A DNA stretch of 35,905 bases, from assembly GCA_017435375.1 (NCBI GenBank), contig JAFSFF010000393.1:1-35905 (forward strand). Direction: 5' to 3'. The notes under the pieces were generated by a model. It searched no databases, was not told the DNA's origin, and saw only the letters and a program-made list of their open reading frames with translations. This stretch comes from Thermoguttaceae bacterium. GTDB lineage: Bacteria; Planctomycetota; Planctomycetia; Pirellulales; Thermoguttaceae. This document shows positions 25,511 through 32,765 of this stretch, in pieces (positions within the stretch are counted from its first letter, which is position 1; each line of letters begins with the position of its first letter). Made by a program: the position numbers and the translations under genes.

Positions 25511-28510
25511 ATGGCGCGTCGGATTTTTGCGTTGCGCGGCGTCGTATTAACGATGGCGACGTTTTTGATATTGTCGACGGGAACCGCGACGAGCGCCGAG
25601 ACGGAAACGTTGCGTTTTCAATCGGTTCGCGATCTTTACGTTTCGTCGGCGTCCGGCGAAGAGGAGGGAAACAACGGTGCGTCGCCGCGATTAAAAGTCA
25701 AAGGCTATCAAGAGTTTAGCTTGCTTGATTTTGACGTCTCGAGTTTGCGCGGACGGCGAATCAAAGAGGCGCGAATCGGCGTCAAACTCTCTTCGGAAGA
25801 ACGTTTACATCAGGTAACCGTCGGTTCGATCGTCGCGCCTTGGAACGAAGGCGACGGAAGAAGTTACGATCCAACGCCGGGCGCCTCTTCATTCCGTTGG
25901 CGCGCGAACCCGAACGTTCCTTGGACGGACGCCGTCGGCTCCGACATATATTCCGATATTACGTCGGTTACGTTCGGCGAAGGCGGTTCGTTTTGGGCGA
26001 GCGCCGAAGCGTCCGAACCGAACGACGGCTGGCAAACGATTCCGGTCGATCCGCGACTTGTCGCCGCTCGCGCCGCCGGAATTTCAACGGGTTTCGTCTT
26101 TTTTGACGACGTCGGAACGGAGTTGATTCGGCGCGGAACCGACGGCGAAGAAGTGGAAATTCGCCTCTTTCCGAACCGTTTCTTTTACTCGCGCGATCAA
26201 AATTCCGCGTCGGCTCCATATTTGGAAGTCGTTGTCGAAAAAGAAGTTAGTGCGAATAAGAGCAAGCGGGAACGCGTCGCCGCGCCCGCGAATCTTGCCG
26301 CGCGAACCGACGGTTTGCCTTGGGGAGAAGTCGAGTTGTCTTGGAACGCGCCGGAAACGACGAGTTGTCGTCTTATCGGCTTTGAAGCGAAAATCGACGG
26401 CGTCGAGGTTCCGCAAACGCTGATACCCGCTCCTAAAATTAACGGTTATGAGACGTCGTCCGATTGCTTTATCGCGCGATTAAGCAATTTAGGTTTGAAG
26501 CCTGGAAAAATGAGAAAATTGGAATTGGTCGCCGTCGACGAACTGGGCGAACGAAGCGTTCCGGCGACGTTGCGATTCGACGTTTCAGACGATAAACCGA
26601 GCAGATGGAACGACTTAGTGAACGTTGGAAAAACGGGCGCGTCCGCAAAGAACGCGACGATAAAAGAGGAACGAACGTCCAACTTAAGCGAGAAAAAAAT
26701 GCGCGGCGAAAACGCGACGCTTCCTCTGTTGGACGGTTCTAAGATCGCCGTATTAAACGAGTTTGATAAAATAACCGAGTCGGGCGAATTGATTCCGAAA
26801 CGCGAGAAAAATTACGCGGCGTCAAACACAATTTGGGAGGCTTGCGAACGTCGAATTAGTTTGGCGGCGGCGCGCGGGGAATTCGTCGGGTTTCAACTTG
26901 CGTTCGATGGCGACGCTCGCAAAGTTCGCGCTGAAATTCGTTGGGATGAGTCGGTAAATAAATATAAGACAAAGGTTAAGGGAAAGATAAAAGAGGCGGC
27001 GAAAGGCGAGAAATCGGCGCCGCGAGCGACTTTTTATCGACTTGCAAGAGTCGAAACGGCGCGGGGTAAAATCGTCGATCCGGCGATTCCGTTAGAAACG
27101 TCGGAAGTAAACGTAAACGCCGGACGCGACGCGATTTACTGCGAACTTTATATTCCGAGCAACGCGGCGGCGGGAGAGCGTCGCGGAACGCTTCGCTTGA
27201 CCTCGAACGGCGAAACGCTCGACTTAAAAATTGAATTGACTGTTTGGAACTTTAATATTCCTAATGAGTTAAGTTTTCTGCCGGAAATGAACTGTTATTC
27301 GCTTCCGGCGAACGAACTCGAGTATTACAAGTTAGCGCAGTTGCACCGAACTTATATCAATCGCGTTCCATATTCGCATCGCGGAACGGTCGGCGACGGG
27401 TTGGCACCGAAGTACGACGCCGAGTCGCGCTCCTTCGATTGGCGGGATTGGGATCGACGATTCGGCGCGTTGTTCGACGGGAGCGCGTTCGCCGATTCGC
27501 CGCGCGGAGCTACGCCGATCGAAGCGTTCTATCTTCCGTTTTTTGAAAACTTTCCGGCGAATATTTTCGAAGAATACGACGAGACCGTTCGACCTGTCGA
27601 CGCGGCTTTTTCGGACGATTACAAAGCGTCGTTGCGCGCCGCTTTGTCCGAAGCCGCCGAGCATTTCGTCAAATCGGGTTGGAACGACTCTCGTTTTCTT
27701 TTCTATTTGAACAATAAAATGGATTACAAGCGCAACGGTTGGTCGCGCGCAAGTTCGCCTTGGTTGCTCGACGAACCGGCGAGTTTTCAAGACTTTACGG
27801 CGTTGCGCTTCTTCGCGTCGCAACTTCGTTTGGCGTTGGAGGACGTTGATAATGCGACAAAAGGTAATAGAACGAAAAAAAAGAAGAACGCTTCTTTAGA
27901 AGCGCGCCCGATTCTTTTCCGCGCCGATATTTCGCGCCCGCAGTGGAGCCGCGATTCGCTTGACGGGTTACTCGACGTCAACGTCGTTGGCGGAGACGTT
28001 TTTCGGCGTTACAACAGTCGCGTTTTGGAGCGGCGCGACCGTTTTGGCGAACTCGTTTACGCGTATGGAACGACCGCGGCGCCGGAGCTAAACGGTTGGC
28101 AACCTGTCGCTTGGGCGCTCGACGCTTGGTCGTTCGGCGCCGACGGAATCGTCCCTTGGCAAACGATTGGGAACGAAGAGTCTTGGAAAAAAGGCGACGA
28201 GCTGTCGTTGTTTTATCCTGCGACAAAAGAGAGCGACGGGAAAGTCGTCGCGTCGATTCGACTCAAAGCGTACCGTCGCGGTCAACAGGACGTCGAATAT
28301 TTGACGGCGCTGTGTAACGCGACCGGGCGCCCCCGTTGGGACGTCGCGCAAGCGTTACGCAAACGTTTAACGTTGGAGGCCCGGTCGACGTTTCGTTACG
28401 CGGAAGACGCCGGGACGCAAGATTACCCCGATTTTTCGTCGGACGAATGGGAGCGCATGCGGCGCGAAATCGGCGCGTTCCTTTCGGAAACCGCTCCGTC
28501 AAAAGAGTAA
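25511..28510 (+). CDS. Large secreted multidomain protein (999 aa) with an N-terminal DNRLRE-like module and a C-terminal DUF4091/GH123-like region
   Basis: It has a signal peptide (MARRIFALRGVVLTMATFLILSTGTATSAE). The N-terminal pattern is DLYVSS...LLDFDVSSLRGRRIKEARIGV...APWNEG. The later block LELTVWNFNIPNELSF is of the type seen in DUF4091 proteins. AGGGGGA lies upstream of the ATG. Domain names are from memory. Confidence 0.6.
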   Translation: MARRIFALRGVVLTMATFLILSTGTATSAETETLRFQSVRDLYVSSASGEEEGNNGASPRLKVKGYQEFSLLDFDVSSLRGRRIKEARIGVKLSSEERLHQVTVGSIVAPWNEGDGRSYDPTPGASSFRWRANPNVPWTDAVGSDIYSDITSVTFGEGGSFWASAEASEPNDGWQTIPVDPRLVAARAAGISTGFVFFDDVGTELIRRGTDGEEVEIRLFPNRFFYSRDQNSASAPYLEVVVEKEVSANKSKRERVAAPANLAARTDGLPWGEVELSWNAPETTSCRLIGFEAKIDGVEVPQTLIPAPKINGYETSSDCFIARLSNLGLKPGKMRKLELVAVDELGERSVPATLRFDVSDDKPSRWNDLVNVGKTGASAKNATIKEERTSNLSEKKMRGENATLPLLDGSKIAVLNEFDKITESGELIPKREKNYAASNTIWEACERRISLAAARGEFVGFQLAFDGDARKVRAEIRWDESVNKYKTKVKGKIKEAAKGEKSAPRATFYRLARVETARGKIVDPAIPLETSEVNVNAGRDAIYCELYIPSNAAAGERRGTLRLTSNGETLDLKIELTVWNFNIPNELSFLPEMNCYSLPANELEYYKLAQLHRTYINRVPYSHRGTVGDGLAPKYDAESRSFDWRDWDRRFGALFDGSAFADSPRGATPIEAFYLPFFENFPANIFEEYDETVRPVDAAFSDDYKASLRAALSEAAEHFVKSGWNDSRFLFYLNNKMDYKRNGWSRASSPWLLDEPASFQDFTALRFFASQLRLALEDVDNATKGNRTKKKKNASLEARPILFRADISRPQWSRDSLDGLLDVNVVGGDVFRRYNSRVLERRDRFGELVYAYGTTAAPELNGWQPVAWALDAWSFGADGIVPWQTIGNEESWKKGDELSLFYPATKESDGKVVASIRLKAYRRGQQDVEYLTALCNATGRPRWDVAQALRKRLTLEARSTFRYAEDAGTQDYPDFSSDEWERMRREIGAFLSETAPSKE

Positions 28511-28576
28511 CGCTAAATTGAAGAGAAGGAAAGACGGCAACGTGTAGATGATCGGTTGTCGTACCGCGAACGGAGG

Positions 28577-28616
28577 ACGGCTCGGCGATTAAAGTCGCCG
28601 AGCCGTTTTATATTTT
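28577..28616 (+). terminator. Intrinsic terminator of the 999-aa gene
   Basis: ACGGCTCGGCGA (28577-28588) pairs with TCGCCGAGCCGT (28595-28606) in a 12-bp stem with a 6-nt loop, followed by TTTTATATTTT. Confidence 0.8.
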
Positions 28617-28682
28617 ATCGTAATTGGCGATAAAAACGAAAACGAGAAAAAAATAACGGCGACCGCGAAATCAACCGTTGGA

Positions 28683-28718
28683 AAAACGCGTCGAAGCGCA
28701 ACCGTTTCGACGCGTTTT
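28683..28718. terminator. Palindromic stem-loop downstream of the 760-aa minus-strand gene
   Basis: AAAACGCGTCGAA (28683-28695) pairs with TTCGACGCGTTTT (28706-28718). The flanking A and T runs give a U-tract in either orientation. Confidence 0.65.
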
Positions 28719-28756
28719 AAACGGTTTCGTTAAACGGGTTGCGTTTGTCGTCGACG

Positions 28757-31039
28757 TTAACGTATTTCTATTGTCGCTTTGCCGGTCGTCGGGAAAGCGA
28801 AGAAGAGCGTTTGCGACACGGCGTCCCAACGCCAATCGTCGAGCGGCGCGCCGTCGACCGCAACGCTTGTCGGCGCCGCGTCTAACTTCAAAAGCGAGAT
28901 AGCGTCGACTCCGGAAGTCGCCGTTGTTTCTAAGGTTATGACGCTCTTTTCGCTTTTTAACGATTCGACGCGACAACTTGACGCAAGTACGGCCGGCGTC
29001 GGCGCGGTTACTTTGTCGAGATCGAGAAGCCAAGCGCGTTCGCCCGGCGCAACTTCAACGCCGTCAAGCGGTTGCAACTTAGGATCGAAGAGATTAACGA
29101 AACGACCGGCGAGTTTCAACGGTTCCTTAGAAATCGATTCGGTCAATGTAGCGGCCAAGACGTAAGGCCCTCGGCGCTTCATAAAGTAGTTGCGCTCGAC
29201 GTATTGCCCGCCGGTCGCCGCAACCGCTTCCGCAACGAGACTTCGGTAGGCGTCGGCGTTTTCTTGCGAACGGTTGTAATAAGCCGGGCGAACGCGGTCG
29301 ACGTAAACCCAACCTTTGCCGAATCGATATTTGCCGCTTTCAGGACGCTTGCCCAAACCAAGCGATTCGAAGAGGTGTTCGCCGGGGCTCGCGTAAGAAA
29401 GAGAGCCCGTGTTCCACCAGTCTTTCGCCGCGTGGTAGGCGTCCGTTTCCGCGCCGACGTAAATTAAGACGCCGCCTCGGTTTACCCAATCGGCGAGAAC
29501 GGCGTGCAGACCCGGGCTCGACGGCTTTTGGTACTCGTAACTCAGCGATAAAACCTTGTATTTATCGAGATAGCCGGGATAACGGAGCGCGTGATCGAGA
29601 ACCGGGACGCCGACCGGGATTCCGCGTTTGATTAATGGCGTCGCAAGACCGAAGAAGTCGCCAAACGTTGCGATTTCGAGCTTTGAAGGACGAGTCGGAT
29701 CGGAAGCGTCGGGCGCGGCGCATTCGCGAACGGTCGGTTCGGCGCGCTGGAACATCGCGGAGTCGGCCAAGAGAACGCCGACGCCTTCGGTCGCGCCGTC
29801 GTAAGCGGCGTCGGCTTGCGCTATATCGCGAAGTTGTTGGAATGTAAGGGTTAACGTCGACGCGTAATCTTTCGGGATCGTTGTCGCGTCCGGAGAGCCG
29901 GCGGGAAAAGAGCCGAGGAAAACGCGACTCGGCCAAGGCGCGACTTCGTAATAATGCGTTTCCGACTGCATCAACGACGCGACTAAAGTGCTGAGATAAT
30001 TTGTTTTATAGTCGTTCCAATCGTAACGCGGATTGTCTTCGACCGGGTCGTTCAGGTAGTAAACGCGCTTGCCGGTTCCGCGAACCATCTCTTGCGTTAC
30101 ATTGTATTCGAGGAAGGCCGACTCGAAAGTGCGCTCCGCTTGAACTCCGTTGTAAATGTTGGAATGACGGGATGTTCCGGTCCAAACTTGCGCGATAATC
30201 CCGTCGATTCCCGGGAGGTCGAGAAGCGCCGATTCCGGGCTGACCATTCGGATTTGCGAGTAACTCAGCAGACTATGCGTCGCAATGTAAACTTTTAAAG
30301 GTCGGTTGTAAGTCCTTAGCGAATATTCTTTTAGCGACGCGCAAACTCGGTCGAGCAGGCGACGGTAAAGGTATTGCATCATCTTTGCCGAGCGGTACTG
30401 GGCGTCGCACGACGAATCGGGACGTTTCCACGACTCGTTGTAATACATTTGCCATTCGCGCTTGAAGGAGTCGCTAAAGCCTGCGAAAGCCCAAAGTTCC
30501 GGTTCTTCGAGGAAGAGCGTTTCAACTCCGGCGTCGACGACTTTTTTCAAGCGCGTTTCAAGGTAATCGCAGAACGCGATGCTCGGCACGAGATACGGCG
30601 TCGCCGGGTCGTGCATAATGCGCTCGCCGTCGGCTCGGACTTGCGCGTCGTCCCAATGCTTTAAGCCGTCGAACTTTCCGTCGAGGTAATCGTTGTAACT
30701 ACCCCAAGCGACGCCGGTCATTACGGCGACTTTCGAACCGCTTTCGGCGCGCCACTTTTCGAGCGTCGCGATCGCTTCGTCGGAAACGCCGTAAACCATA
30801 ACTGCGTCGGTTTTTAAGTCGAAACGAGCGTCGTAGCCGCCCGCTTGTTGGTACGTTGTCCGCTCGAGATTACGATCGGTAATCAGGTTCGGCGCAACGT
30901 TCGACGTTTCAAGGTTTGCGTCGGGAACTTGCGCCAATGCGGACGGAAAGGGCGTCGACGAAAGAACGGCGGTAAGCGAAACGAACGAGAGAGCGCGTTT
31001 CCAACGGCGGCGTTTAGCTTTGAAAGGGGAAAACGGCAT
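28757..31039 (-). CDS. Secreted hypothetical protein (760 aa), possibly a TIM-barrel glycoside-hydrolase-like fold
   Basis: It has a signal peptide (…ALSFVSLTAVLSSTPFPSALAQ). Its composition is protein-like and rich in W, Y and D, as in carbohydrate-active enzymes. No catalytic motif that I can name. Confidence 0.6.
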   Translation of the reverse strand: MPFSPFKAKRRRWKRALSFVSLTAVLSSTPFPSALAQVPDANLETSNVAPNLITDRNLERTTYQQAGGYDARFDLKTDAVMVYGVSDEAIATLEKWRAESGSKVAVMTGVAWGSYNDYLDGKFDGLKHWDDAQVRADGERIMHDPATPYLVPSIAFCDYLETRLKKVVDAGVETLFLEEPELWAFAGFSDSFKREWQMYYNESWKRPDSSCDAQYRSAKMMQYLYRRLLDRVCASLKEYSLRTYNRPLKVYIATHSLLSYSQIRMVSPESALLDLPGIDGIIAQVWTGTSRHSNIYNGVQAERTFESAFLEYNVTQEMVRGTGKRVYYLNDPVEDNPRYDWNDYKTNYLSTLVASLMQSETHYYEVAPWPSRVFLGSFPAGSPDATTIPKDYASTLTLTFQQLRDIAQADAAYDGATEGVGVLLADSAMFQRAEPTVRECAAPDASDPTRPSKLEIATFGDFFGLATPLIKRGIPVGVPVLDHALRYPGYLDKYKVLSLSYEYQKPSSPGLHAVLADWVNRGGVLIYVGAETDAYHAAKDWWNTGSLSYASPGEHLFESLGLGKRPESGKYRFGKGWVYVDRVRPAYYNRSQENADAYRSLVAEAVAATGGQYVERNYFMKRRGPYVLAATLTESISKEPLKLAGRFVNLFDPKLQPLDGVEVAPGERAWLLDLDKVTAPTPAVLASSCRVESLKSEKSVITLETTATSGVDAISLLKLDAAPTSVAVDGAPLDDWRWDAVSQTLFFAFPTTGKATIEIR

Positions 31040-31095
31040 CGGTGAAGCTCCTTAAAGGGTAAAGGGGGAAAGCGCCAAGGAGCGACGTTTGATTG

Positions 31096-31129
31096 TTTGA
31101 AAATCGTTGCGATTGCAATGGTTTTCAAA
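31096..31129. promoter_or_regulatory. Operator-like nested inverted repeat upstream of the 760-aa gene
   Basis: TTTGAAAA (31096-31103) and TTTTCAAA (31122-31129) are 8-nt inverted arms around an inner palindrome ATTGCAAT (31112-31119). The element lies 57-90 nt upstream of the minus-strand start at 31039. Confidence 0.3.
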
Positions 31130-31243
31130 AACGGCGTTCTCGACGATTAAAGGGCGGCGAGAGCGGCGACGAATCGGCGGTTGCCAACGTCTCCGCGTTC
31201 CGCTTTATTAGTTATAATCTAAAAATTTTTCGAAAAAAGCCCC

Positions 31244-31271
31244 TTGACAGTTTTTTTAAGCGTCATATATT
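31244..31271 (+). promoter_or_regulatory. Strong sigma70-type promoter of the aroF-pheA leader
   Basis: A consensus TTGACA (31244-31249), a 16-nt spacer, then TATATT (31266-31271), preceded by CCCC. Confidence 0.6.
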
Positions 31272-31406
31272 ATTAAACGTCGAGCGCAGCTTAGACGGAG
31301 GCGACGAATTTTTTCGACCGTCTTTTTGCGTTTTGACGTCGTTTGTTATTTATAAGTTATTGAGAGCAAACCTATTACAGCGTATACAAAATCGCCGATT
31401 TTTCGA

Positions 31407-31520
31407 ATGGCTTCCTTTACCTATTATTACAACGCGAAATCCTACGGCTTTAACTACGCCTTCCTCTTTACGGGCTTAGTCGAGTCTTGCGTTGCCGCAC
31501 AGGTTGGGAACCGTCGTTAA
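31407..31520 (+). CDS. Candidate Tyr/Phe-rich leader peptide (37 aa) of an aromatic amino acid attenuator
   Basis: The ATG at 31407 opens MASFTYYYNAKSYGFNYAFLFTGLVESCVAAQVGNRR, ending at TAA 31518-31520. F4, Y6, Y7, Y8, Y13, F15, Y17, F19 and F21 are aromatic. It lies between a promoter and a terminator directly upstream of DAHP synthase and chorismate mutase/prephenate dehydratase. No clear SD is present. Confidence 0.6.
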   Translation: MASFTYYYNAKSYGFNYAFLFTGLVESCVAAQVGNRR

Positions 31521-31554
31521 ACGTTGATTTTAGCGATATTCCGAAAATAATAAA

Positions 31555-31589
31555 GGCCCTGCGACAACGCGTTGCAGGGTCTTTTTTTT
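31555..31589 (+). terminator. Intrinsic terminator (attenuator) 30 nt upstream of the aroF start
   Basis: GGCCCTGCGAC (31555-31565) pairs with GTTGCAGGGTC (31571-31581) in 11 bp including 2 G-U pairs. The loop is AACGC and T8 follows (31582-31589). Confidence 0.8.
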
Positions 31590-31619
31590 GAGCCGAACGC
31601 CCCTGGGAAGGATTGAACG

Positions 31620-32630
31620 ATGATTATTTTGCTGAAAAAAGACGCTCGCGAAGACCAAATTGCGAATTTGACCGAACAGCTCAAAGAGATGGGGCTTGAA
31701 TCGCACCTCAGCGTCGGCGACGCGCACACGGTCGTCGGTTTGGTCGGCGATACGAAGAGCGTCGACGTCGATATGTTGAAGGCGCTCGAAATCGTCGAGT
31801 CGGTGCAACGCGTCCAAGAACCGTTCAAGCAAGCGAACCGTCGTTTCCACGAAGAGGATACCGTTGTTGAACTTACGAACGGCGTCAAAATTGGCGGCGG
31901 ACATTTTCAAACGATGGCGGGGCCTTGTTCGATCGAATCGGAAGAGCAGATTATCGAGATCGCGAAGGCGGTTAAGGCGGCCGGCGCGACGATTCTTCGC
32001 GGCGGCGCTTTCAAGCCGCGCACCTCGCCCTACGCTTTCCAAGGGCTTGGCGCCGAAGGGTTGCGGCTTCTCCTTAAAGCTAAAGAAGAAACGGGATTGC
32101 CGATCATTACCGAAGCGATGGACGCGTCGCAGCTTCCGCTCTTCGAAAACGTCGATATTATTCAAATCGGCGCCCGCAATATGCAAAACTTCGAGTTGCT
32201 CAAACAAGTCGGTAAAATGCGGAAACCGGTCTTGCTTAAGCGCGGTATGTCCAGCACGCTCCAAGAGTTGCTGATGAGCGCCGAGTACATTATGGCCGGC
32301 GGAAACGAGGACGTTATCCTTTGCGAACGCGGGATTCGCACCTTCGAAACGTATACTCGCAACACGCTCGACTTGGCCGCGATTCCGGTGTTGCGCCGCT
32401 TGACGCACCTGCCGATCGTCGTCGACCCGAGCCACGCCACCGGGGACGCGAAGCTCGTTCACCCGACTTCGCTCGCCGCGACCGCCGTCGGCGCCGACGG
32501 GCGTATTGTCGAAGTTCACAACAACCCGCCGAAAGCGCTCTGCGACGGCGCGCAATCCCTGACGCCGAACGCCTTTGCGACGATGATGAAAGACGTCGAA
32601 GCGATTCGCCCGTTCGCTTATCGCGGTTGA
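31620..32630 (+). CDS. aroF: 3-deoxy-7-phosphoheptulonate (DAHP) synthase, type I-beta, with an N-terminal ferredoxin-like regulatory domain
   Basis: A core like KDO8PS and DAHPS I-beta is present (GPCSIESEEQ, ILRGGAFKPRTSPY.FQGLG, KRG, VDPSH). An N-terminal extension of about 70 aa (MIILLKKDAREDQIANLTEQLKEMG) resembles the Thermotoga-type enzyme. GGAAGGA lies upstream of the ATG. Confidence 0.9.
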   Translation: MIILLKKDAREDQIANLTEQLKEMGLESHLSVGDAHTVVGLVGDTKSVDVDMLKALEIVESVQRVQEPFKQANRRFHEEDTVVELTNGVKIGGGHFQTMAGPCSIESEEQIIEIAKAVKAAGATILRGGAFKPRTSPYAFQGLGAEGLRLLLKAKEETGLPIITEAMDASQLPLFENVDIIQIGARNMQNFELLKQVGKMRKPVLLKRGMSSTLQELLMSAEYIMAGGNEDVILCERGIRTFETYTRNTLDLAAIPVLRRLTHLPIVVDPSHATGDAKLVHPTSLAATAVGADGRIVEVHNNPPKALCDGAQSLTPNAFATMMKDVEAIRPFAYRG

Positions 32631-32700
32631 GAAGAGCAACGAAAACGCGTCGTTTGAATTGTTTGAAAAACGGAGCGGTTAATTTGAAATCAAATAGCGG

Positions 32701-32736
32701 GCGGCGCGTTTTAGCTTCGACGCGAAAACGCGCCGC
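32701..32736 (+). other. Intercistronic 12-bp stem-loop between aroF and pheA
   Basis: GCGGCGCGTTTT (32701-32712) pairs with AAAACGCGCCGC (32725-32736). No U-tract follows. Confidence 0.5.
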
Positions 32737-32765
32737 AACCGACGTTAATAGAAGGAATTAAGAAA

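Noticed and set aside
31244-31590. The promoter-to-terminator unit of about 300 nt might be a structured ncRNA such as tmRNA, 6S, RNase P RNA or SRP RNA.
   Set aside because: None of the conserved cores I know is present: no tRNA-like GGGG…CCA ends or ANDxxYALAA-type tag for tmRNA, and no GGAGGAAAGUCCGGGC-type RNase P motif. The aromatic-rich mini-ORF, the terminator and the downstream aro/phe genes explain the region better as a leader-peptide attenuator.
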